Positions 29,137 through 39,252 are shown, numbered from the stretch's first letter. The stretch is 43,584 bases of DNA from Thermoprotei archaeon (GCA_003649205.1 QMRC01000015.1:1-43584), one strand, 5' to 3'. Program-made: numbers and translations. The notes: generated by a model not told the origin, from the letters alone.

Positions 29137-30447
29137 TTGAGTCGTGAAAAGAGAGGAGTTCGTGAGATCATTACTGCTGAGGATACTGAAATCGTTGATG
29201 CTTGGGCTAGAAAGATCTTTAACTCACGTGGTGAAGAGACAATAGAGGTCGAGATATACACCGGTACGGGTTATGGTAGAGCTAGTGCACCTTCAGGGGC
29301 TTCTGTAGGTGCTCATGAGGTTGTTGCCTTTCCTGAAGGCGGTATTGATGCTGCTCTAGAGGCCTTTGAGAACATTGTCGCACCTGAGATCATCGGTATG
29401 GATGCTGATGATCAGGAGGGTGTCGATAGGAAGCTGTGGGAGCTAGATGGTACTGGTAACTTCAGTAGGATTGGCGGTGCTACAGCAACGGCAACATCAT
29501 TCGCTGTAGCTAAGGCTGCAGCAGCTACCCATGGCATACCGCTATTCCAGCACCTTGGTGGGGCTATGGCTTGTCTCCTACCGTATCCACTAGGTAATGT
29601 ACTTGGTGGTGGTAAGCACTCTAAGGGGTTGGGACCTGATATTCAGGAAATTCTCGTTATTCCACTTGGTGCGGATTCGATGTACGAAGCTGTGAGAGCT
29701 AACATAGTAGTTCACTCAAGACTACCTAAGGTAATTAGGAAGTACGATCCGTACTTCGCTGGTGGTAGGAATGATGAAGGAGCATGGACTTCGTGCCTAA
29801 GCAATGATAAGGCTCTTGAAGCTGTCTATGAGGTCTGTAGGGAGGTTAGTAGGGAGCTTGGTATTGAGATTAGGATGGGTATTGATGTAGCTGCATCATC
29901 GCTGTGGAATCCTGAGAAGGGTAAATACATCTACATTAGGGATAAGGTTGAGAGAAGTCCTAGGGAACAGCTCGAATACATAACTTCTCTAGTCGAGAAG
30001 TATGACCTAGTATATGTCGAGGATCCATTTCATGAAGAGGACTTCAACTCCTTTGCGGAGTTGAGGGATAGAGTTGGTGATAGATGTATTGTCACTGGTG
30101 ATGATCTCTTCGTAACTAATAGTGAGAGATTGAAGAGAGGTATCGAGGTGAGGGCAGCAAATGGAATAATAATTAAGCCGAATCAGGTAGGTACCATAAC
30201 TAGAGCGTACGAGACCATTACGCTAGCTAAGGAACATGGGTACATACCCATCATGTCCCATAGATCAGGAGAGACTGAGAGTGAAGTCATTGCGCACCTA
30301 GCTGTTGCCTTTGGATGTCCAATAATTAAGACTGGTACTGTTGGTGGTGAGAGGATAGTTAAGTTAAATGAATTGATTAGAGTAGCTGAGTACTTAGGGA
30401 AGAGAGCAAAGATGAATAAAGCACCACTGAGGAAGTTCATGAGGTAA
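29137..30447 (+). CDS. eno: Enolase
   Basis: I.NSRG..T.EVE, APSGAS.G.HE, DEGAW, EDPF.EEDF, GDDLFVTN, KPNQ.GT, SHRSGET. Confidence 0.97.
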   Translation: MSREKRGVREIITAEDTEIVDAWARKIFNSRGEETIEVEIYTGTGYGRASAPSGASVGAHEVVAFPEGGIDAALEAFENIVAPEIIGMDADDQEGVDRKLWELDGTGNFSRIGGATATATSFAVAKAAAATHGIPLFQHLGGAMACLLPYPLGNVLGGGKHSKGLGPDIQEILVIPLGADSMYEAVRANIVVHSRLPKVIRKYDPYFAGGRNDEGAWTSCLSNDKALEAVYEVCREVSRELGIEIRMGIDVAASSLWNPEKGKYIYIRDKVERSPREQLEYITSLVEKYDLVYVEDPFHEEDFNSFAELRDRVGDRCIVTGDDLFVTNSERLKRGIEVRAANGIIIKPNQVGTITRAYETITLAKEHGYIPIMSHRSGETESEVIAHLAVAFGCPIIKTGTVGGERIVKLNELIRVAEYLGKRAKMNKAPLRKFMR

Positions 30448-30451
30448 TTTA

Positions 30452-30465
30452 ACAAGCTTTTTAAG
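30452..30465 (+). promoter_or_regulatory. Putative BRE/TATA upstream of rps2
   Basis: ACAAGC-TTTTTAAG about 25 nt before the ORF start. Confidence 0.4.
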
Positions 30466-30489
30466 TTCACCCAACACTATTTTGAGAGG

Positions 30490-31158
30490 TTGATCTTCAT
30501 GAGCGAGGAGAGAAGAGAAGAAACAACAACTGAAGAGAAGAGACAACCTGAGTTGCTGATCAATCTAGAGACATACCTAGCTGCAGGTGTGAGGATAGGT
30601 ACTCACCTCAGAAGTTCCTACATGATTAAGAGGGGGTTCATATACGGTGTTAGACCTGATGGACTTTGGCTTATTGACTTGAGAAAAATTGATGAGAGGA
30701 TTAGAATAGCTGCTAAGATGATTGCTAGGTACGAACCAAGTAAGGTAGTTGCTGTATCGGCTAGACAGTACGGTCAGAGACCAGTACTCATGTTCTGTAA
30801 GTTCACAGGCGCTAAACCCATCATAGGTAGGTTCATACCAGGAACCTTCACAAACCCAGTACTGAAGACCTATACAGAAGCTGATCTAGTCATAGTTACA
30901 GATCCTAAAGCTGATTCACAGGCAATAGATGAAGCAGCACTCATGGGTATACCAGTGATAGCTCTATGTGATACCGATTCACCAGTAGCCTACGTAGATC
31001 TCATAATACCATGCAACAACAAGGGTAGGAGGTCACTAGCACTCATATACTGGTTGCTGGCAAGGCAAGTACTTAGAGAGAGAGGTGAGTTACCACCGGA
31101 TGGGGATTTACCTGTACCACCTGAAGAATTTGAAGCCAAAACCGTAACAACGATTTAG
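30490..31158 (+). CDS. rps2: 30S ribosomal protein S2 (uS2)
   Basis: [54 protein letters not shown]. Confidence 0.97.
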   Translation: MIFMSEERREETTTEEKRQPELLINLETYLAAGVRIGTHLRSSYMIKRGFIYGVRPDGLWLIDLRKIDERIRIAAKMIARYEPSKVVAVSARQYGQRPVLMFCKFTGAKPIIGRFIPGTFTNPVLKTYTEADLVIVTDPKADSQAIDEAALMGIPVIALCDTDSPVAYVDLIIPCNNKGRRSLALIYWLLARQVLRERGELPPDGDLPVPPEEFEAKTVTTI

Positions 31159-31174
31159 CTATAGAGGTGATTAG

Positions 31175-32026
31175 GTGAAGGTTAGGAGAGCTGCTGTAGC
31201 CGGTTACTTCTACGAAGCTGATCCAGAAGACCTTAGGAGGAGAATTGAGTGGTGCTTTAGACATACACTTGGTCCTGGTAGATTACCTAGTATTAGAGAA
31301 GGTAGGGTAGAGAAGGTACTTGGTCTAGTTAGTCCACATGCAGGGTACATGTACTCAGGACCTGTTGCTGCGCATGGGTATTTACTGCTAGCTGAGGACG
31401 GTGTACCGGATACAGTTATAATAATAGGACCGAATCACACTGGTCTTGGATCTGGTATAGCCATAATGACTGAAGGAGAGTGGGAAACACCGCTAGGTAG
31501 AGTACCTATCGATACTGAGCTAGCTATGGAGATCGTCAAGAAGAGTGGAGTTGTGGACATTGATGAGCTAGCGCATATAAGAGAGCACTCAGTAGAGGTT
31601 CAGATACCATTCCTACAGTACATCTACGGAAGTAGGTTTAAGATCGTCCCAATAACGATGCTAATACAGACACTAGAGGTTGCGAGGGAATTGGGTAATG
31701 CAATAGCTGACTGCATTGCTGATAGAAACGTCATTGTTATAGCTAGTACAGACTTCACGCACTACGAGCCACAGCAAGTAGCTGAGAGAAAGGATAAGCT
31801 AGCTATAGATGCTATTCTCAAGCTATCTGCAGAGGAGCTCTATAGGGTAGTGCATGCTGAAGACATATCGATGTGTGGCTATGGACCAACCATGACGTTG
31901 CTAGTAGCTGCTAGGAGATTAGGTGCTAAGGGCGCTACACTGCTCAAGTACGCTACCTCAGGAGACATAACTGGTGACTATGGAGCTGTTGTCGGGTATG
32001 CAAGTATTGCAGTCTGGAGGAAGTAA
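31175..32026 (+). CDS. MEMO1-family protein (AmmeMemoRadiSam protein B)
   Basis: R.AAVAG.FY, PHAGYMYSG, GPNHTG, EHSVEVQIPF, STDFTHY, SMCGYGP, YATSGD, VVGY. Confidence 0.95.
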   Translation: MKVRRAAVAGYFYEADPEDLRRRIEWCFRHTLGPGRLPSIREGRVEKVLGLVSPHAGYMYSGPVAAHGYLLLAEDGVPDTVIIIGPNHTGLGSGIAIMTEGEWETPLGRVPIDTELAMEIVKKSGVVDIDELAHIREHSVEVQIPFLQYIYGSRFKIVPITMLIQTLEVARELGNAIADCIADRNVIVIASTDFTHYEPQQVAERKDKLAIDAILKLSAEELYRVVHAEDISMCGYGPTMTLLVAARRLGAKGATLLKYATSGDITGDYGAVVGYASIAVWRK

Positions 32027-32837
32027 TGTAGTAGTTATTAAGCTAGGTGGCTCCGCACTAACGGATAAGTCTAGAGGTAGCGGTGGGGTTAGAGCTGAAG
32101 TACTTGAGAACGTAGCTAGTGACCTAAGGTATCTGAGGTCTAGAGGTTTTAGTGTTGTCTTGGTTACTGGTGGTGGTTATGAAGCTCATAAACTTGCTAA
32201 GGAGTATGGTCTAGGCTGTAAATACGTTGATTCTTCTAGGTTTTCAGGTGCTATCCTAACTCACATAGCTGCGGCTAACTTATGTGAGTATGTGTGTAAG
32301 TACCTGTGTGAGCGAGGTATTGCTGCTTCACCTCTTCACCCATTCTCAATGACTGTTCTTTGTGGATGTAATGTGGAGTACTTTCCTATTGATGTTGTTG
32401 AGCAATTACTTGTAAAAGGTGTTGTCCCTGTTCTACATGGTGATGTCTGTCTTGATCGTGAGTACAACTTCTCAATTCTATCCGGTGACGATATCGTTAA
32501 GTACCTCTGTAATGTACTGCTAGGGGTTAGGTGCTGTATCTTCTTAATGGATGTCCCAGGTATCTTACGTGATTCTGGTGATGAAATTTACTCAACTATC
32601 TATGTCTCTGAACTAGATTCCGTGGTTCACGAGGTGATGAGTAGAGGGGGGACTGATAAAACTACTGTAGTTGATGTTACTGGTGGTATTAGGAAGAAAC
32701 TCTACGTAGCTAGAGATATAGCGAGGAGAGGGATCCCTGTATATTTCGCTTCTGGTTTCAGGAAGGGGGTACTGAGGTTAATTGTCGATGGTCTAGGTAC
32801 TGCTGGTAAGGATTTCACGGTGGTGATACCTCAGTGA
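31974..32837 (+). CDS. ipk: Isopentenyl phosphate kinase
   Basis: IKLGGSALTDK, VPVLHGD, ILSGDDI, DVTGGI..K; adjacent to IDI-2; exact start uncertain. Confidence 0.87.
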   Translation: MTMELLSGMQVLQSGGSNVVVIKLGGSALTDKSRGSGGVRAEVLENVASDLRYLRSRGFSVVLVTGGGYEAHKLAKEYGLGCKYVDSSRFSGAILTHIAAANLCEYVCKYLCERGIAASPLHPFSMTVLCGCNVEYFPIDVVEQLLVKGVVPVLHGDVCLDREYNFSILSGDDIVKYLCNVLLGVRCCIFLMDVPGILRDSGDEIYSTIYVSELDSVVHEVMSRGGTDKTTVVDVTGGIRKKLYVARDIARRGIPVYFASGFRKGVLRLIVDGLGTAGKDFTVVIPQ

Positions 32838-33958
32838 CTTCAGTAATTGAGGAGAGGAAGAGAGAACATGTTGAGATTGCTATTCGTGAGAAGGTTGAGT
32901 ACGAAGTTTTAACTACATGGCTTGAGGATGTATACCTCATACATCAAGCAATGCCAACAATATCACCAGCTGAGATATCGACTGAAATCGAGGTCTTCGG
33001 TAAGAAATTGAATGCACCTGTGCTAATTGCTGCGTTAACTGGTGGGTACGATATTGGTAAGAAGTTGAATGCGAATATAGCTAGTGTAGTTGAGGAACTT
33101 GGTTTAGGCATGTACGTTGGAAGTCAGCGTGCTGCTATTGAGAGATCTGAATTACGAGAGAGTTTTGTAGTTGTTAAGGAGTTAGCACCAAGTGCTCTCA
33201 AGATAGCTAACCTTGGTGCGGCACAGCTTAAAGCCGATAAGTTCATTGAGTACTGTAAGACAGCTGTCGACATGATAGATGCTGATGCCATAGCAATTCA
33301 CCTCAATCCACTTCAGGAATATGTTCAACCTGAAGGTGAAGCAGTATCGATGAATATTCTAGACGTCATTAAGCAACTTCGAGAAGAACTCGGTGTACCT
33401 ATTGTGGTTAAGGAGGTTGGGTGCGGTATATCTATGGAGGTAGCTAGGAGGTTAAGTCAGGTAAATGTCGATGCTATTGATGTTGGTGGTGCTGGTGGAA
33501 CTTCATTTGCTAAAATTGAGAGAATTAGAGCTGAGAAACGTGGTAGGTACTTGAAGGCTAAGTTAGCTGAGTTATTTAGTGAGTGGGGTATTCCGACAGC
33601 CGTATCGATATGTGAGGTCAGGTACGTATTCGATGGTTACGTCATTGCCTGCGGTGGCATTAGAACAGGTCTCGATGTAGCTAAGTCCATTGCACTGGGC
33701 TCAGACTTAGCTGCTATAGGTCTTGAAGTTCTTCGAAGAGCTTACGTCAGTAAGACAAGCCTAAGAGAGTACTTGGTACAAGTTATTGAGGGATTGAAGT
33801 TAGCTATGTACCTACTCGATGTTGAGAATATAGAGAAGTTACGTACTGTCCCCTTAGTGCTATCTCCTAGACTACTTACATGGCTTCAGCAGAGAGGTAT
33901 AGACCCTCTGAAGTACATTCATGAAGTTAGGACTAGAGGTGGTATACTACGAAGATAA
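32834..33958 (+). CDS. fni: Type 2 isopentenyl-diphosphate isomerase (IDI-2)
   Basis: RKREH, ALTGG, VGSQRAA, ANLG, HLNPLQE.VQPEG, KEVGCG, GAGGTSF, WGIPT, GGIRTG.D. Confidence 0.96.
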   Translation: MTSVIEERKREHVEIAIREKVEYEVLTTWLEDVYLIHQAMPTISPAEISTEIEVFGKKLNAPVLIAALTGGYDIGKKLNANIASVVEELGLGMYVGSQRAAIERSELRESFVVVKELAPSALKIANLGAAQLKADKFIEYCKTAVDMIDADAIAIHLNPLQEYVQPEGEAVSMNILDVIKQLREELGVPIVVKEVGCGISMEVARRLSQVNVDAIDVGGAGGTSFAKIERIRAEKRGRYLKAKLAELFSEWGIPTAVSICEVRYVFDGYVIACGGIRTGLDVAKSIALGSDLAAIGLEVLRRAYVSKTSLREYLVQVIEGLKLAMYLLDVENIEKLRTVPLVLSPRLLTWLQQRGIDPLKYIHEVRTRGGILRR

Positions 33959-34716
33959 ATGAACTACATAGAGATAGGGTACAGGCCTGCATCGAGGTCT
34001 GGAGTGAATTACTTAAGAGAGGAGAAGTCACGAGAGGAGATGTAGTAGCACTACTTTACCAAGTATACCACAGATATGGTGTGAATCCACTTAGAGGAAA
34101 AGCAGGTAGTGCACTACTGTACGACAAGGAACTAATAACACTGTACATAGTTGGTAGGTACGGCTTAGGGATTACTGAAGAATTAAGTGCATTAGTTGAG
34201 AAGGTATTTGATGTTGAGACTAAGCTCGATCAGCTATATCGAGAACTCAAAGCATCAATTCAGAGAGGAAACATAGGTGAAGTCATCTCGAAGATAAAGG
34301 GTTTAGATGAAGATACCTTCTTCAGATTCCTCAGGTACTGCTTCACACTCTATGCACTTGGCTTCGTAGATGAGGAAGAGTTCCTGAACATCCTCAGAAC
34401 ACTGTACAAAGTACCTGAACTAACATCGAAAGTTCGTAGATTCACGAAGTTCTACGTAGCGTACAAGATGGCTGAACTCATAGCTAGAGGAAGCATAAGG
34501 ACTAGTAGGGAGAAGACACTGTGGAAGAATGTAATAGCTGCTAGTACAGGAATTGAGAAGGCAGTTCCAGAAGACCTACAGATAGCAATCATAGCGAAGA
34601 AGCTCTTCTCAGTTTCAGATCAACTACTTAGGAAGATATTCCCAAGGCTAGAGGCAACATTCAAAGTAAGAAGTGTTGAGGCACATGGAGTTGGGCTTAA
34701 AAATGAGATAGAGTAG
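33955..34716 (+). CDS. DUF2192-like crenarchaeal protein
   Basis: PLRG....LYDKEL..LY.VG.YGLG, FTKFYVAYK.AE.IA.G; the frame is open 42 codons upstream of GTG 34081, back to ATA 33955 overlapping the fni stop. Confidence 0.7.
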   Translation: MNELHRDRVQACIEVWSELLKRGEVTRGDVVALLYQVYHRYGVNPLRGKAGSALLYDKELITLYIVGRYGLGITEELSALVEKVFDVETKLDQLYRELKASIQRGNIGEVISKIKGLDEDTFFRFLRYCFTLYALGFVDEEEFLNILRTLYKVPELTSKVRRFTKFYVAYKMAELIARGSIRTSREKTLWKNVIAASTGIEKAVPEDLQIAIIAKKLFSVSDQLLRKIFPRLEATFKVRSVEAHGVGLKNEIE

Positions 34717-34731
34717 TCTCGAGTAGGGACC

Positions 34732-35259
34732 ATGACAACACCTTACGAACGTGAAATTCTCAAGCTAATAGCTATGGGCTATGACACAGTTGAAGCAATA
34801 TCGAGAGCACTAAACCTAAGTCCATACGACACGTATGAGTTGCTGGAATCGCTAGTAGCACGTGGCTACCTAGTCAAGGAGTGGAGTGGATTCATAGTTA
34901 AGAAACCTAGGTACAAGCTAACTAGCAAGGGATTGGAAGCAATTGGTGAGGTACCTCGTAAATATGAGGTGAGTGAAGTAGTTAGACCAGTACCAACCAT
35001 AGTACCGACCATAGGTAGGGTTCTGACATGGCTTGGACTAGGTCTGGTATTTCTAGGTCTTCTAACGCTCTTCATAGCACCAATCTTCCTTCATACAGGT
35101 AAAATCACTAGTGGTGGAGGAGCAGTAATCTGGATATTCCCGTTCCCACCAGTAGTACTCACAGGACCCGTAAGCACTGCAGTCAGCATCATAGTGCTCA
35201 TATTCACGGCATTAGTAATGTTCCTAGTCTTCAGATTCCTACTCAAAGCCCTTAGGTAG
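34732..35259 (+). CDS. Winged-HTH protein fused to a DUF131-like membrane hairpin
   Basis: N-terminal ISRALNLS......L..L..RGYL...YKLTSKG; C-terminal TM-GGGAVIWIFPFP-TM. Confidence 0.75.
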   Translation: MTTPYEREILKLIAMGYDTVEAISRALNLSPYDTYELLESLVARGYLVKEWSGFIVKKPRYKLTSKGLEAIGEVPRKYEVSEVVRPVPTIVPTIGRVLTWLGLGLVFLGLLTLFIAPIFLHTGKITSGGGAVIWIFPFPPVVLTGPVSTAVSIIVLIFTALVMFLVFRFLLKALR

Positions 35260-35269
35260 TTAGTTAGCT

Positions 35270-35323
35270 AGATGATGAGTAGCAGTCGGTCAGATAGGTG
35301 AAGAAAAGCTGTGCGCACTGACC
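35270..35323 (+). ncRNA. Box C/D guide sRNA
   Basis: C ATGATGA 35272-78, D' CAGA 35291-94, C' GTGAAGA 35298-304, D CTGA 35318-21; 12-13 nt guides. Confidence 0.78.
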
Positions 35324-35570
35324 TCTACACTACAGGTAAACTACAACCCCACAGAAAGTCTCAGGAAAAATATTACTAAACTTCAACCTTAGAGGAACAA
35401 AGTTAGGACTATAGAACTGAAGAATTAACAACGATGAAGAGAAAGATCAGGGGATAAAGAACTCAACAAGTAATTACTGCAACCTGTATCACCGAAGTAA
35501 TACAACCCTGAAACACACCTGCTACCAAGGAGCAGAACTCAAGCAATGAAGAAATAACCTAAAGTAACGA

Positions 35571-35945
35571 TCATAGATGTAGCAAGTACAGCTCAACCTT
35601 CTCCAACTCCTCCGTCCTTAAATTAACTCGATAACCAAGCTTCTCAAGCGCAGTAACACCAAGAAGAACATCAACACCCTCTGGTAACCTCAATCTCTCC
35701 CAAACCTCAATATCACCACCAGTAACCACATCAAACAACCAGATCTCACCAAGACCATACCTAACCTTAATCCTCCTACCATTAGGAAGTACACGCCACC
35801 TCTCATACCTAAACTCAATACCAGTACCTTCAACCACATCAGGTCTAGTAAGTAAGTCACCGTAGAAACCAGTATTGACAAGAGCCTTAACCACAACCTC
35901 ACCCCTAGGACCACGAACCTTAACATCAACTACAACACTACCCAT
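35571..35945 (-). CDS. Clan AA (retropepsin-like) aspartyl-protease-fold protein, D->N variant
   Basis: V.V.GP.G...VKALVNTGF and LLGVTALEKLG; start ATG 35945. Confidence 0.75.
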   Translation of the reverse strand: MGSVVVDVKVRGPRGEVVVKALVNTGFYGDLLTRPDVVEGTGIEFRYERWRVLPNGRRIKVRYGLGEIWLFDVVTGGDIEVWERLRLPEGVDVLLGVTALEKLGYRVNLRTEELEKVELYLLHL

Positions 35946-36111
35946 CAACAACACCCAACAACCATCCAACACAGGAACCTAAATAACGAACTCAAGAACC
36001 ATTGAGCAAGAATCAACAAACTGAAACATTTCTAAACTCGAGGTGCATGTCAGCATTACACAATGTAGCATATTTTCATCTTCGATCGACGTACATATAG
36101 TACAAGCAGAC

Positions 36112-36661
36112 CTAGCTCGAGTATACACGCCACATATGCAGGACACAGTAACGTAGATAACATGCGATGGCAACTACTAGAGATACCAACTCAGGTACTG
36201 CAGCACCCTTTGGAATAGACCAGGTAAAGTGTATAATCCACAACACAATAGCAAGTACAAGACCAGTAATGAGCGTTGTTGACCTATTCCTAAGAGCATT
36301 GTACATCACGAAGATCATTAGAGACAGGAAGACAGATAGAGACTACGAAGTGAGCAAAACCAAGCGAGATATTTAGCACAGCAACGAGCAGCAGAGATAT
36401 CGATACAAGCTGAAGGAGTATGGAGTTAGCTCTGTCAACACGTAGTAGATACAGCACAGAGTACAGAGATAGGAAGTATGCAGAGAGAGCAAGACAGGTA
36501 TTGAGGATTATAGATGGATAACCGAGATCACTGATTGCACTATCCAGTACACTCCACCTTGAGCACATAACCGCTAGAGAAGTTCCAAGGAAAGACATCA
36601 CCACTGGCATTACAGCGAAAATACACACCTTACTCTGCAACCTACACACCACACTATCCAC
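36112..36661 (-). pseudogene. Frameshifted DUF998-like membrane protein
   Basis: SAISDLG...N..L...HFVVS in one frame continues as VFLSLMIF...PKGAAVPELVS in another; break near 36340. Confidence 0.7.
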
Positions 36662-36795
36662 CAGTTGACAGACCTCAGAAATTTAACTCCTCTCCCACAA
36701 TTCACTACGTAGATCTTTCTCACGTAGGTACCTAGCGAACAGTCAATTAGTTTAATTGTGGTGATCCCTACAACACTACGTGAAGGTGGTTCACT

Positions 36796-36924
36796 ATGGT
36801 GAGTAAGGTAGGTAGGGAGGTACGCGTTATCGTTAGGTACGGTAGGTACGTAATCACCAAGAAAATTAGCATTGTCGTACCCGTTAGCGAGAGCGAGGTC
36901 AAGGAGCATGGGTGTAAGAGTTAG
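36796..36924 (+). CDS. 42-aa basic protein not in the ORF track
   Basis: MVSKVGREVRVIVRYGRYVITKKISIVVPVSESEVKEHGCKS*, GAAGGTGG SD upstream, overlaps the next gene start. Confidence 0.5.
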   Translation: MVSKVGREVRVIVRYGRYVITKKISIVVPVSESEVKEHGCKS

Positions 36925-37339
36925 ACTTAGAGTGAAGTTAGGTGATAGAGCTGTAGAGCTCATAGCTCTCGTCAGTAGTGGTGCTGAATCACCAATACCA
37001 CTCCTAGTACTAACTAAGGAAATAGGTCGTGAACTAGGTATATACCCACCACGGAATGCAGATACCTACGAAGCAAAACATGCATCAAGAAACTACACAT
37101 CAGCAGTCTTCGTGTGTAGAGATTTAGCAGAGATAGAGCTCGTAAATGGCGAGGAAGTACTGACAAGAGTTAGAGCATATGTAGGAGTCGACCCAACACT
37201 AGACGAGAGCATAGTGACAGATGCCCTCATAGATGAGTTAGGCATAGTCGTAATCAAGTATAGAGACGGTCTATGGAGACATAGTAGAGACCCATCAAAC
37301 AAAGTGAGAACAAGCGCTGCAGTGAGAACACAGTACTAA
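36908..37339 (+). CDS. Retropepsin-fold protein (ALVSSG variant)
   Basis: VRVRLRV....IALVSSGAE..IP; IDELGIVV....GLWR; paralogue of 38857-39252. Confidence 0.7.
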   Translation: MGVRVRLRVKLGDRAVELIALVSSGAESPIPLLVLTKEIGRELGIYPPRNADTYEAKHASRNYTSAVFVCRDLAEIELVNGEEVLTRVRAYVGVDPTLDESIVTDALIDELGIVVIKYRDGLWRHSRDPSNKVRTSAAVRTQY

Positions 37340-37394
37340 GCCCACAGGAAAACAACCTTCAGGAGGATAGGTCAACCTAGGTCCTACCTGCATT

Positions 37395-37780
37395 ATTACT
37401 TACTTCCCTTCTTCTTGAGTTCCTCTTCCGCCACTGTCCTAAGCATTTACACTAGCTTAATTACATCTCCTCTATAGCTATTGAATAGTTCTGAGCTTTG
37501 ATAAAGTTATGGCAGTAATTTGCCTTAGCCTTTCTGCTATTGCGAAGAGTTTTCCTAATTCTGGTTTCTTTAGTTCTTCAACTAGTTTCTCTACGTAGTG
37601 TTTCCAGTTTTAGTTCTCCAATAGCGTTGAGTAGTGCTGTAACTGCTCTCCAGTACTTCTCACTTGCTTGAACTAGATTCCCTTGTCTGTACCGTTTTTC
37701 ATCTCTTTGAGTAGTACTTCTAGTGGTGTATCTCAGTAACTACCCATCTCCTGTAGTAGCTTGTAGATTTTCTCACATAG
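37395..37780 (-). pseudogene. PaREP1 (HEPN-like) pseudogene
   Basis: Fragments in different frames: YRQGNLVQASEKYWRAVTALLNAIGE / NWKHY.VEKLVEELKKPELGKLFAIAERL / ANYCHNF. Confidence 0.75.
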
Positions 37781-38323
37781 TTGAAGTGTACGTGTAAGCA
37801 CAATTACTGATTAACTAGTAGTCCATTGATGTAGTGTTGAGAATATTTAATTGAGGTTAATTGATATTGATTAAGTTAGATGTATTTTGGATTCCTGAGT
37901 TCTTATATCTTGAGGGAGGTGATGCAGTTAAGTCCGCTTCCATCTCTTCACTTGGCTGCAAATTACTCAAGATATCTCGTTAATATAGGATAGCCCTCAA
38001 ACTTCACACATTCGAAATCACTTTACTACTTAGGAGAGGTTTGGAGAAGTACTACTGAATTATGGTTTACGTAGTTTAAGTGATGGAGAATTACTGAAGT
38101 TAGTGTGAAGCAAGTTCATGAGGTATCAACTATCAGTGATGTACGTAGTACTATGGACCATGTAATGAGTAGATTCACGTCAATCTTCAGTGAGCTAGTG
38201 AGACTCCCTATATTGGGTACTGTACTGTCTAGTAGGTCTTGTGGGGTCTCTTCACGAAAGGTACTAAATCTACGTTACCTCTCAAGAACTTGAAAACTTA
38301 TTACCTTGCATTAACTACCTAAC

Positions 38324-38668
38324 GTGGTGAATCGGTTAATGGGGTTACTTGATAGGGAAGTGACGTTCTTAGGTATTACTATGGAACTTCGATACTGGAT
38401 ATTGGGGCTAATATTTCTTGCACTAGCGATCTTGGGTATTGTACTACGTGAACTATACTCATCTCCTATTGTTGATATCCTTTCAGCAACACTAACATTG
38501 GTGGGTACAGTACTCAGTGTCATGACGTGGATTACTGGTTCAACAAAGAAGCAGATAAGTACCTTAACGAGTAAAGTAGATGAACTTAGGTTAGATATCA
38601 TTAGTGAGTTAAGAGCCATGAGAAGAATTCTTGAGGAGATTAGAGACTTAACTAGGGGATCGAGATAA
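38324..38668 (+). CDS. Small two-TM membrane protein with a C-terminal coiled coil
   Basis: Two hydrophobic segments followed by heptads (LTSKVDELR..I..EL..M..IL.EI..L). Confidence 0.65.
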   Translation: MVNRLMGLLDREVTFLGITMELRYWILGLIFLALAILGIVLRELYSSPIVDILSATLTLVGTVLSVMTWITGSTKKQISTLTSKVDELRLDIISELRAMRRILEEIRDLTRGSR

Positions 38669-38740
38669 ATCACATACCTCCATAGAAGGTATACCTTACT
38701 ACTTGGTACTTCATTAGATATTCAATGAGGAATCTAGAGC

Positions 38741-38851
38741 ATGTCTCGTAAGGTATCTGAAAGAGATTTGAGAATACTGAAGGAGTTTATCTCGAAGATA
38801 ATGCCTTACAAGAAGTTAGGTTACATGAAGAAGGTCATGGTTATTAGGTGA
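38741..38851 (+). CDS. 36-aa basic protein not in the ORF track
   Basis: MSRKVSERDLRILKEFISKIMPYKKLGYMKKVMVIR*; its end (AGGTGA) forms the SD of the next gene. Confidence 0.5.
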   Translation: MSRKVSERDLRILKEFISKIMPYKKLGYMKKVMVIR

Positions 38852-38856
38852 TTTAG

Positions 38857-39252
38857 GTGGCTTGTAGGATTAGGGTCAGAATTAATATTGAGACTACAGC
38901 ACTCGTAAATAGTGGTTTTGAAACTGATACACCAGACATAGTTGTACCCCTCACCATAGCTGAGAAGCTGAATCTATGGCCTCCCAAATCATCAGTTAGT
39001 GCTGTACTCAATACTGGTGGTGAGGTTATTACTCCATACTACGAGAACTGTGGTGAGTTAGAGCTAGTTCTTGAGGATAGAGAACCCAAGAGGATTAGAG
39101 TAAACATAGTAGTTAATCCATACGTTGACGAGGTAGCTCTCAGTGATTACGTATCTAGCGAATTAGGTATCGTACTCTTAGACATCAAGAGAGGACTATG
39201 GAGATTAACAGATGATCCAGTAAATAAAGTTAGAGAGAGCGCTAGAACGTAG
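38857..39252 (+). CDS. Retropepsin-fold protein (ALVNSG variant)
   Basis: TTALVNSGFETDTPDIVVP...AEKL.LWP; SELGIVLLD..RGLWR. Confidence 0.72.
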   Translation: MACRIRVRINIETTALVNSGFETDTPDIVVPLTIAEKLNLWPPKSSVSAVLNTGGEVITPYYENCGELELVLEDREPKRIRVNIVVNPYVDEVALSDYVSSELGIVLLDIKRGLWRLTDDPVNKVRESART

